A stretch of 39,076 bases of DNA from a virus (taxonomy: Duplodnaviria > Caudoviricetes): positions 1 to 39,076 of the IMG/VR virus record IMGVR_UViG_3300032327_000258. One strand, given 5' to 3'. Positions 27,571 to 36,337 of the stretch are shown piece by piece (the first letter of the stretch is position 1; each line of letters begins with the position of its first letter). The notes beneath the pieces are model-generated. The model was not told the origin of the DNA, did not search any database, and saw only the letters and a list, made by a program, of their open reading frames with translations. A program made the position numbers and the translations under genes.

Positions 27571-27804
27571 TTGTCCACAGTTTTCCCTTGCCATGCGGTA
27601 CGTCGGTGGTGGCATTGAATAACCCCGTTACACGAGCGAGCCAGAGCGGGGGCGGTGGGCGAATCCAAGAGCCGGGTGGTTGAAAGAAGTCTGGGATGCT
27701 GTGCGATGGATGGCTCCATACGGAAGGAAAGCGGGTCTGTGCTTAACGGTATGGGCTTGCTATGCTCAGAATTCACCACCGGCAGTGCGAAATTGGAGAA
27801 GTAG

Positions 27805-28467
27805 ATGAGGAAGATTGCGATCTTGGTTCCTTCTTATGATGGGAAGGTTGCTTGTGGATTTTCGATGGCGATGGCGGAGATCTTCAGGTTTGCCGGGCAG
27901 ATGGAGGGGATTGAGATCTTCCTGCGGTACTGGATGTACGACTCGTTGATTCAGGTGGTGAGGAACCGGTTGATCTGCAATGCGCTGGATGACGGGATGG
28001 ACGAGGTGGTGTTCATCGACGCGGATCAGGAGTTTACGGCGGAGACGTTCTTTAGGGTGATCAGCCATAACGTGGATGTGGTGGGCGTGCCGGTGAGGAT
28101 GAAGACTGAGGAGGAGCGGTACAACATACGGCCGGAGAGCATGGAGGAGCACCGCTGGGATCCGAAGTTGAAGTTGCTGGATGTGAGGGCGATCGGGACT
28201 GGGTTCTTGCGTGTGACGCGGCCGGTGATGGAGGCTGTGGCCAAGGCGAGCATGGAGTACAACGACGGCGACAAAATGCGCCGGATGATCTTTGAGATCC
28301 GGACGCTGGATGGGTGGATCCAGTCGGAGGACTTAGTGTTCTGCCACAAGATCAGGGATGCCGGGTACACGATCTACGCGGACATTGAGGAGACTTGCAA
28401 GCACTTTGGTACGAAGTGTTGGAGCGGAGACTTCAAGGGGTATTTCAAGGATCGGTTCTTAGCGTGA
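27805..28467 (+). CDS. GT-A fold (family 2-like) glycosyltransferase
   Basis: 'ILVPSYDG', 'RN', DxD 'FIDAD', 'GTGFL', 'SED..FC', 'CKHFG'. Confidence 0.82.
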   Translation: MRKIAILVPSYDGKVACGFSMAMAEIFRFAGQMEGIEIFLRYWMYDSLIQVVRNRLICNALDDGMDEVVFIDADQEFTAETFFRVISHNVDVVGVPVRMKTEEERYNIRPESMEEHRWDPKLKLLDVRAIGTGFLRVTRPVMEAVAKASMEYNDGDKMRRMIFEIRTLDGWIQSEDLVFCHKIRDAGYTIYADIEETCKHFGTKCWSGDFKGYFKDRFLA

Positions 28468-28516
28468 CTTGACAGCCTAGGCGCGATATGATGGCGGATC
28501 TACGCAAGAGGCGGCT

Positions 28517-31500
28517 ATGGATCAACGCAAGCAGATTGTTCGGGGATTGTTGGATGAATTCCTGACGGCAATCAGGCAGCCGGACAAGACCTCGATTGTG
28601 CCGGCACCCAATCGTTGGTTTGCCAAGCCTGAAGACTTCCCCCATCAGCAGCCAATGATTGAGAGGGCGCTGGCCGCCAACAATATGACGCGCAGTGATT
28701 TCCCTCATGGCGCATATTTAGATCCGCGAACTGGCCAAGACTTAACGGGCCGGATGATGCAAGACGTTGGCGCGGTCATTGATCCGAACACCGGTCGTCC
28801 GGTTATGTCTGGGCGTGAGTCCGGGCTGGAGAGTTTTGCTGAACTTGAAAAGAAGTTGGGCAACCAGACGTTGTCCAACCTTGTGCGGCGTTCCAAATTC
28901 AAGCCGCTCGGCGGTGATCCGCTGCTCAACGACATTCCTTTTATCACGACGGTTGAGTCGGGGCCGCACTTTTATGGCCTTGGGATGGAGTATGCGAGCC
29001 CTACGCAGTTGTTTCAAATTCAGCGCGGGGACAACCCTCACCTGCGGCCAAAGAGCCGTGGCGACGTGTTTGGGATGGGCGAGGTAGTTGGCCGGATGCA
29101 GATCGGCAAGGGACCTGAGCATGACGTGTACGAGAAGTTGTTCGTGGCCCCTCGTGGTTCTGACGTACCCGGCAAGAAGTTGAGCAAGGCAGAAGGCGGA
29201 GAGGTTCAGATGGGCTCCAATAAAAAAATGCCAAACGATGAAGCGGCATTTAAAAATTGGATTCGCGGCACGGATTGGTTTAAAGAGTTTAAGGCTGAGT
29301 ACAATGAGGAACCAGACTTAGACACTAAAGACTATGATTACAGGGCTGCGTGGAAAGCTGGCGTGCAACCTGAGCGCGACCCATATGACAACAATCGTTT
29401 TCACTGGCCTTCTTCCCTGCCAACGGGGGAAATGCTTAAATCGGCAGATCATCCTACGGCGTGGAAAGAATACTTTATGCGAGAAACAGGTGTAAACCCT
29501 GATGCTTTAGGATTAAAAACACCAGAAGACGCAAACATTTTTATAGAAAACATTTCTAAAGGGCAAGAGAAAGCCGCTGGCGGCGAGGTCCACATGGCTG
29601 ACGGTGGCGACCCGATGCTGGCGGACCTGATCGAGCGGTACAACACCCCTCGAAACAAGAGTCGGTACAGCGCTGGCATCTTTGACAGCAACGCGCCGGG
29701 TGAGGTTAGGTCTGTGACCCCAACGGTGAAAGAGCGCATGGCCAGCGGTCTGCAGGCCGCTATGGAGTCCGCAGGATCAGATCGATACAAGGCTAGGCAG
29801 CGAGCCCAAACGATCCTTGGCGGCCCTAACAGCAGGCTTCCCGGCGGGTTTGGCGTTGCGGACATTGGCGCAATGGTCAACCCTGTCGTAGCGGCTGGGA
29901 TGATCCCGTTGTACGGCGAGGCCGCCATGCACGATCTGGCTGGCGTACCTGATGCGATCAAACGCGGGGACTACGTTGGCGCTGGCGTAGACACGGCGTT
30001 TGGGTTGGCTGATGTAATTCCTGCGGTTGGCCAAGGGAAGCGAGTAGCCAAGGGACTTGCCAAGGGCATCAAGGATGCGGCAACCAGCGATGCTGGGTAC
30101 AACTTAGCGCAGAATGTGTTGAAGGCCACAGGGACTGCCCCCGCACAAATCATGATGGGTGAGAACTCCAAGACGTGGAACCATGGCAACGCTGCTTTAG
30201 CAAAGCATATGGAACTCCAAGGGGCAGACCCACTCGATATTTGGCAAGCAACCGGAACCTTCCGGGGCGCTGATGGCAAGTTGCGTCAGGAGATTCCTGA
30301 CTTTGCGATGGAATACAACCCTAAGCCTGCAAGAAAACGCCAAACCGATAAATATGAAAAGAGCCGGGATAGGTCAATGGCGGCAGCGACAACCCCTGAA
30401 GAACAACAGAACGTAAGGGATTATTACAAAAAAGAATTGCAGGACATTATATACAATGTCAAAGGAAAGACATCTGAGTTTATTGATCATCCTGAACTTA
30501 GGGCTGCGTATCCTGAATTGTTTGATCGGCCATTCAAACAGCTAGACCCAACCAATCCAGAATACACCGCGGCTGAAAACACTTCTGGTTTTTTCCAGCC
30601 AACAACAAAAACAATTGTTGTAAACGGCGATTTTCCAGAACACACCAAGCGAGACACGGTGTTGCATGAACTGCAACACGCCGTTCAGCAATTGGAGGGC
30701 TGGCAGGGCGGTTCTAGTCCGGCGCTGATGGCAATGCACATGGCGGACAGAGATGCGTTGAAGTACGCTGCTGAAAAGGAAAATGAATTATTAACCCTTT
30801 TGGCTCCAAAGGCAAAGATTCGTCCGTTGACAGAACAATCTTTGAAAGACATTGAAGGCAAACTTGAAAAGTATAAACAACTTGAAGGTATAGATGACCC
30901 TTTCAAGGCATATGAGCGTGCTGCTGGCGAAGAAGAAGCCAGAGCGGTTGAACGTAGAAGCCGTTTGTCTGATGAAGAATTGAAAGAGTGGCATCCTTCG
31001 GAAAACTACGATACTCCGTTCTCTGAGCACATTACCGACTTTGCCACTGGCGGTGCGGTGATGATGGCCGGCGGGAAGGACGTTACCAAAGAAGCAATTA
31101 AGCAAGGCGTCAAGAAAGGGATAGATGCAGTTGGAAATTTTTTAAACTCAATCAATCCGAACGACGCCATTGCAAGAGAAGCCGCTCGTTTGCAAACGGT
31201 AGCCAATCCAATCAAAGCGTCTGAAGCCCTAAGTCCTTACGAAGGGGCCTACCTTAAACTTGTGCCGTATGATCGGATGAAAGTTGATTTGTCTGGCAAA
31301 GAACGAGGTGGCCCAAACTTTTCAGGCATTCAGTTGGTTGACCCGCTGTATGCAAACGCGGTGTCTGGGGTTACAGATAAAAAAACCGCAACACGGCTAA
31401 TAAATAAAAATCAAAACGTCCCCGAAGGCGCTTCTGTCATATGGACCCCTTCTGTTGGGTCGCCAATTCAACACAGATCAAATGCAACAATGTTTAATAA

Positions 31501-33070
31501 GTTTGCAGATGAGTTTGATTTGGCAAAGTCTGGTATCGCGCCTGAATTAATAGAGGAAATGAACAAAGCCGCAAGCACCGCAGTTGACAAAAAGAAAAGA
31601 TTAATTTTTCCACAAGGCATGGACTTTAACGCTCAAAATTACAGAAAAATTCCACAAACGTATGATCAGCGCAGGTTAGTTGCGGATATTTTTTCCGGAA
31701 AGGGGGTTGGGGGAAAAAGAGGACAGACAGTTGCTAACTATGATCAATTAATTTTAGACAATACAGACCCTTTGTTTGTTGATGTTCCGAATGGTAGCAT
31801 TGGGCCGCGTTTGTTTACTTTAGACAACAAATTTGAAATACGCCCAGATTTGCACAGTGATTATCCATTTGTTTTAACCGGAAAAGATCTTGGGGTAACA
31901 TATACTCCAATTCCAAGAGAACCTGTGTTTACAGATTTTGCAGAAGCAGTTCAAGCAATTAAAGAAAGGCCTGTTACTGCAATGGATTTTGATAGGGGAG
32001 ATCCAACTCAATTAATTCACAGAGAATTAATTAACAGAATGAGAGATGAGGGTCACGCCGAAGGTGGCGAAGTCCATATGGACAAAGGCGGTGCGGCAAA
32101 AGACGCGGTAAAAGCAGCGGTCAAAGATGCAGCCGAAGCCCTGCGTGGTTACATTGACCCGATTTCCAACCGCATTTCGGATTGGAACTGGCGGCCAATG
32201 TCGGATGTGCGCCAAGACGTGCCGTTGACTGAGATCCCGGAGTACATTCAGGGCGGATTTGGCAACTTCATGGCAGAGCAGGCCAAGCGTGCTGCCGAAG
32301 GTAACTTAAACGCACGGGATCTGATCAAGGCGTACACCATCACCCGGTCAAGCGTAAACCGTGGCGGATTGCCGTATAACACTGCAACCAAGACCGGGAT
32401 GAAGTTGCCGCGCACCACAGAAAAACTTGTGCGCCCAGAGGGGGCGTTTGCGGAGTGGCTTGGATCAAAAGCAGGCCAACGGTATCTAGACGATGCTGTG
32501 CTTGGCAAATTTGACGAGAAAGACCTCGAAGATATGGTTACCCGGTTTGGTCCGTTTGGGATGCCTGCGGTGTTGGCTGATGACATGAGGTACGCGGCAA
32601 GGACTTTGTCGCCAAAAGGGGCGACCATTTCTGCTGATGTGACTGCACCTGCTGATGTATACCGGGACACTTCGCAGCAAATTAGAGGTATTGGACCGGC
32701 CAAAAGCGGGTTCATGGCTTCGTTGCTTGGCCGTGGAGATTTTCCAACTTTTGACGCTAGACAAATCAACCTTCACACGGGGGAAGGTGGAAAGCAAGCC
32801 AAAAAATATCTTGCTCGTGGTTACGGCGAAGGCGGAGAAGAGGCGGTTGCTCGATTGGCCGATCGTCAGCGTGCAATGAATATGTCGATTGATCCTGCGT
32901 TGGCCCCGTTCTATCAGCACCTTACCCATCACACTGTGTGGGACGCATTAGACAACAGCCAAGTAACGCACAATGACCTTATGAAAGCTATGCGCGGGTA
33001 TGCGGATGGCGGTGAAGTTGATTCAGACGGCGTTACACTTGACGACTTCTTGAGCAAACAAGGTTACTAA
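28517..33070 (+). CDS. Large polyvalent protein: five modules incl. LPD23-like + zincin metallopeptidase and HhH-GPD-like domain
   Basis: 1517 aa; 'IWQATGTFRGADGKLRQEI', 'LHELQHAVQ..EG', 'AGEEEAR', 'IRGIGPAK...PTFD'; repeated AxGGxV linkers. Confidence 0.8.
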   Translation: MDQRKQIVRGLLDEFLTAIRQPDKTSIVPAPNRWFAKPEDFPHQQPMIERALAANNMTRSDFPHGAYLDPRTGQDLTGRMMQDVGAVIDPNTGRPVMSGRESGLESFAELEKKLGNQTLSNLVRRSKFKPLGGDPLLNDIPFITTVESGPHFYGLGMEYASPTQLFQIQRGDNPHLRPKSRGDVFGMGEVVGRMQIGKGPEHDVYEKLFVAPRGSDVPGKKLSKAEGGEVQMGSNKKMPNDEAAFKNWIRGTDWFKEFKAEYNEEPDLDTKDYDYRAAWKAGVQPERDPYDNNRFHWPSSLPTGEMLKSADHPTAWKEYFMRETGVNPDALGLKTPEDANIFIENISKGQEKAAGGEVHMADGGDPMLADLIERYNTPRNKSRYSAGIFDSNAPGEVRSVTPTVKERMASGLQAAMESAGSDRYKARQRAQTILGGPNSRLPGGFGVADIGAMVNPVVAAGMIPLYGEAAMHDLAGVPDAIKRGDYVGAGVDTAFGLADVIPAVGQGKRVAKGLAKGIKDAATSDAGYNLAQNVLKATGTAPAQIMMGENSKTWNHGNAALAKHMELQGADPLDIWQATGTFRGADGKLRQEIPDFAMEYNPKPARKRQTDKYEKSRDRSMAAATTPEEQQNVRDYYKKELQDIIYNVKGKTSEFIDHPELRAAYPELFDRPFKQLDPTNPEYTAAENTSGFFQPTTKTIVVNGDFPEHTKRDTVLHELQHAVQQLEGWQGGSSPALMAMHMADRDALKYAAEKENELLTLLAPKAKIRPLTEQSLKDIEGKLEKYKQLEGIDDPFKAYERAAGEEEARAVERRSRLSDEELKEWHPSENYDTPFSEHITDFATGGAVMMAGGKDVTKEAIKQGVKKGIDAVGNFLNSINPNDAIAREAARLQTVANPIKASEALSPYEGAYLKLVPYDRMKVDLSGKERGGPNFSGIQLVDPLYANAVSGVTDKKTATRLINKNQNVPEGASVIWTPSVGSPIQHRSNATMFNKFADEFDLAKSGIAPELIEEMNKAASTAVDKKKRLIFPQGMDFNAQNYRKIPQTYDQRRLVADIFSGKGVGGKRGQTVANYDQLILDNTDPLFVDVPNGSIGPRLFTLDNKFEIRPDLHSDYPFVLTGKDLGVTYTPIPREPVFTDFAEAVQAIKERPVTAMDFDRGDPTQLIHRELINRMRDEGHAEGGEVHMDKGGAAKDAVKAAVKDAAEALRGYIDPISNRISDWNWRPMSDVRQDVPLTEIPEYIQGGFGNFMAEQAKRAAEGNLNARDLIKAYTITRSSVNRGGLPYNTATKTGMKLPRTTEKLVRPEGAFAEWLGSKAGQRYLDDAVLGKFDEKDLEDMVTRFGPFGMPAVLADDMRYAARTLSPKGATISADVTAPADVYRDTSQQIRGIGPAKSGFMASLLGRGDFPTFDARQINLHTGEGGKQAKKYLARGYGEGGEEAVARLADRQRAMNMSIDPALAPFYQHLTHHTVWDALDNSQVTHNDLMKAMRGYADGGEVDSDGVTLDDFLSKQGY

Positions 33071-35622
33071 TGGCTACCGAGTTCCCGATTGATCCAGAGT
33101 ACAGCCGTTTTGTTGACGGTCAACCCGATGATGTTAAACAGCCAGAACCGGAACTGAACCTTGATGGTTCCAACATTGAGGAGTTGCCGGATGGGTCTGC
33201 GATCGTTCACATGGAGATTGAGGGTCCGCTAGACAACGAGGACTTCTACCAGAACCTTGCGGATGACGCGAGTTTTGATTTCATTGAACTTGATGGAATT
33301 GCTCTGCGATATATCGAGTATGCGGAGAAGGACAAAGAAGCCCGGAAAGAGCGTGACAAGCAGTACGAGGAAGGAATTCGGCGCACTGGATTGGGCAATG
33401 ACGCACCCGGCGGGGCTAACTTTAACGGAGCGAGCAAAGTAGTTCACCCGGCGATGGCTGAAGCCTGTGTGGATTTTGCTGCTCGTGCCATCAAAGAGAT
33501 GTTTCCGCCTGATGGCCCAACCAAGACCAAAATTCTCGGTGATGTTGACGACGACAAGGTCAAGCAGGCAGAGCGCAAAGTCGAGTTCATGAACTGGCAG
33601 TTGACGGAGCAGATTGAAGAGTTCCGCGACGAAGAGGAGCAGATGCTCACTCAGTTGCCGTTAGGTGGCAGCCAGTACCTGAAGCTCTGGTACGACGAAA
33701 AGAAGAAGCGCCCGTGCGCTGAGTTCTTGCCAATTGACAACGTCCTGATCCCGTTTGCGGCAGGAAATTTCTATACGGCTCAACGAGTTACCGAAGTTCA
33801 CGACCTATCGGACTACGAATTCAAGAATCGGGTGCGGTCTGGGCTGTACCGCGACGTAGATTTTGTCAAAACGAGCATTGAGCCTGAGCAAACGGGGCCT
33901 CAGAAGGCCACGGACAAGATTGAAGGCAAGCGATCGGGCGACAACGAGGATGGGATTCGTCGGGTTTATCACGTCTACACTTGGTTGGAGTTAGATGACG
34001 ACCCGTACACCAAGGGGGAGATGGCTCCGTACATCCTGATGATTGACGATCAGAACACGGAAGTGATCGGGTTGTACCGCAACTGGGAGGAAGGCGATGA
34101 AACAATGGCCAAACTTGACTGGATTGCTGAGTTTAAGTTTATACCTTGGCGAGGTGCTTATGCTGTTGGTCTTCCTCATCTTATTGGGGGGCTTTCTGCT
34201 GCTCTCACCGGTTCTCTTCGGGCTCTTCTAGACACCGCGCACATCAATAATGCGGCAACAATGCTCAAACTGAAGGGGGCAAAAGTCTCCGGTCAGTCTC
34301 AGCAGGTTGAAATCACTCAGGTTAATGAGATTGAGGCCGCTCCGGGGGTGGACGACATCCGCAAACTTGCGATGCCGATGCCGTTTAACCCCCCAAGCAC
34401 AGTTCTGTTTGAGTTGCTGCAGTGGCTGACCGCTCAAGCCAAGGGGGTGATCACTACCGCGGAAGAAAAGATTGCGGATGTGAACTCCAATATGCCTGTT
34501 GGGACAACACAGGCGCTGATTGAGCAGGGCGCGGTTGTTTTCTCGTCCATTCACGCCCGTTTGCACCAGTCGCAGGGCAAGGTTCTCAACATTCTGAGCC
34601 GAATCAACCGCTGGTACCTCGATGACATGAGGAGGGGCGAGGTTGTTGAGGATTTAGAGATTGCTCGTGAGGATTTTGCTCGTTTGACGGACGTTGTGCC
34701 GGTTTCTGACCCGCATATCTTCTCGGAAACGCAGCGGATGGCCCAGACCCAAGCGGTTATGGCCATCATGGACAAGAATCCGGACCTTTTCAACCGTAAA
34801 GCGGTGATTTCGCGGTTCTTGAAGCAAATTAAGGTGCCGGGAATCAATGAGTTGTTGATTGATGAGCCAGCGCCGGAGAAGGCGGACGCGGTAAACGAGA
34901 ACGTGTCAATGTCTATCGGTCAGGCGGCGTTCGCGTACCCTGAGCAAGACCACTTAGCGCACATTCAGGTGCATTTGGACTACGCCAAGGATCCAGCGCT
35001 GGGAAGCAACCCTATGCTTGCTGGTGGTTACCTGCCCAAGGCTATGGAACACATCAAGCAGCACATTGTGTTGTGGTATCTGAACCGGATGAACGGGTAC
35101 GCCACGCAGGCGCTAGGCAAAGAGGTCAGGAACTACGAGATCGAGAAAGATCCGAAGATGATTGACAAGTTGTTTGCTGCTGCGTCTAAGCACATCACGC
35201 TTGATACGCAAGAAACGCTTGGCGGGATTGTGCCGGTAATCCAGCAAATGATGAAGACGATGGAGCAATTCAAACCTAAGCCTCCGATGGATGGTGCTGA
35301 CCAAGTGTTGATGCAGACCTCGATGGCCGAGACTCAGCGCCGGTCGCAGCGTGATCAGGCTGAGATTCAAATTCAGCAGCAGAAAGCTCAGGTGGACGCG
35401 CAAGAGAAGATGGCACGGATGCAGATGGATCACCAGATTGCAACGGAAGATCTACAATTGCGGCTTGCGATTGCGACGGGTGATAATGAAACCAAAGAGC
35501 GTATTGAAACTGCTCGATTGACTAGGGATGCGGCGCGTTTAAGTCATGATCAGCAGAAGACGGCTTTGGAATTTGCGAAGGGCGGTTTGGTTCAACAAGG
35601 AGATCAGTATGGGTACGAGTGA
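33070..35622 (+). CDS. Portal protein
   Basis: 850 aa; 'GASKVVHP..AEACVDF', 'FMNWQLTE', 'LPLGGS...K', 'PVGTTQALIEQG'; Q-rich barrel-like C-terminus; precedes head genes. Confidence 0.9.
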   Translation: MATEFPIDPEYSRFVDGQPDDVKQPEPELNLDGSNIEELPDGSAIVHMEIEGPLDNEDFYQNLADDASFDFIELDGIALRYIEYAEKDKEARKERDKQYEEGIRRTGLGNDAPGGANFNGASKVVHPAMAEACVDFAARAIKEMFPPDGPTKTKILGDVDDDKVKQAERKVEFMNWQLTEQIEEFRDEEEQMLTQLPLGGSQYLKLWYDEKKKRPCAEFLPIDNVLIPFAAGNFYTAQRVTEVHDLSDYEFKNRVRSGLYRDVDFVKTSIEPEQTGPQKATDKIEGKRSGDNEDGIRRVYHVYTWLELDDDPYTKGEMAPYILMIDDQNTEVIGLYRNWEEGDETMAKLDWIAEFKFIPWRGAYAVGLPHLIGGLSAALTGSLRALLDTAHINNAATMLKLKGAKVSGQSQQVEITQVNEIEAAPGVDDIRKLAMPMPFNPPSTVLFELLQWLTAQAKGVITTAEEKIADVNSNMPVGTTQALIEQGAVVFSSIHARLHQSQGKVLNILSRINRWYLDDMRRGEVVEDLEIAREDFARLTDVVPVSDPHIFSETQRMAQTQAVMAIMDKNPDLFNRKAVISRFLKQIKVPGINELLIDEPAPEKADAVNENVSMSIGQAAFAYPEQDHLAHIQVHLDYAKDPALGSNPMLAGGYLPKAMEHIKQHIVLWYLNRMNGYATQALGKEVRNYEIEKDPKMIDKLFAAASKHITLDTQETLGGIVPVIQQMMKTMEQFKPKPPMDGADQVLMQTSMAETQRRSQRDQAEIQIQQQKAQVDAQEKMARMQMDHQIATEDLQLRLAIATGDNETKERIETARLTRDAARLSHDQQKTALEFAKGGLVQQGDQYGYE

Positions 35623-35737
35623 CGCAGAGCAGAAGGGGCCTATGGTTCCGCAACACAAACGTATGGCTCAGGGTGCTCCGGTTAACGGTGCTCCGGCAAA
35701 ACAAACGGGAAGTGCATTGCCAGCGAAGAAAAAGTGA
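35609..35737 (+). CDS. Small basic protein (42 aa)
   Basis: RBS aaggag before ATG 35609; 'VPQHKRMAQG'. Confidence 0.55.
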   Translation: MGTSDAEQKGPMVPQHKRMAQGAPVNGAPAKQTGSALPAKKK

Positions 35738-35913
35738 AGACATTAGGCGACCTGATTGGCGGAATCAAAAGTAGACAGCTAGAAATAGCTGCGTCCCTAG
35801 CCGCAGGAAATGCGGTGAATTGGGACGCTTATGTCCGCATGACGGGTCATCACGCGGGGCTGCAAGAGGCCCTAGATATCCTCAACTCCTTAATGGAAGA
35901 AAAAGATGACTAA
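35734..35913 (+). CDS. Small head-module protein (59 aa; not in ORF track)
   Basis: GTG start overlapping previous stop; 'L..GNA.NWD.Y..M.G...GL' pattern typical of the gene between portal and GroES. Confidence 0.7.
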   Translation: MKTLGDLIGGIKSRQLEIAASLAAGNAVNWDAYVRMTGHHAGLQEALDILNSLMEEKDD

Positions 35914-36337
35914 CCAAGAGGCGCTGAAAGAAAGCGCTGAGTTAGCTTGGGCGTTTCCAAGCGTAGATCCCGGAGCCAAGCCACTTGGCGGCCGGATTCT
36001 TGTGCAACTACGTCGGACTAAGAAGAAGACTTCTGGTTCCGGCATTATTTTGGTTGAAGAGACCAAAGAGACTGAGAAGTGGCAGAACATGGTGGCCAAG
36101 GTCATTCATGTTGGACCGCTGGCGTTTAAGCACCGCGATTCAATGCAGTCATGGCCGGAAGGCTCGTGGTGTGAGCCCGGCGACTTCATCCGCGTTCCTA
36201 AGTGGGGTGGCGATCGTTGGGAAGTTGATGTGCCGGGTCAGCCTGACGAGGATCCTGCATTGTTTGCCGTTTTCAACGATCACGAGATGATTGCGAAAGT
36301 TACGGGTGACCCCTTGACCATGAGGGCGTACCTATGA
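35906..36337 (+). CDS. groES: GroES-like co-chaperonin
   Basis: 'KPLGGRILV', mobile loop 'TSGSGIIL', 'VIHVGP', 'GDFI', 'NDHEMIAKV'. Confidence 0.85.
   Translation: MTNQEALKESAELAWAFPSVDPGAKPLGGRILVQLRRTKKKTSGSGIILVEETKETEKWQNMVAKVIHVGPLAFKHRDSMQSWPEGSWCEPGDFIRVPKWGGDRWEVDVPGQPDEDPALFAVFNDHEMIAKVTGDPLTMRAYL

Noticed and set aside
27384-27779. 131-aa minus-strand ORF
   Set aside because: No recognisable motifs; the region is better explained by plus-strand promoter and RNA structure, though coding is not excluded
28469-28492. TTGACA...TATGAT promoter for the polyvalent gene
   Set aside because: Spacer is only 12 bp, too short for sigma70; a promoter may exist but this pairing is unsupported
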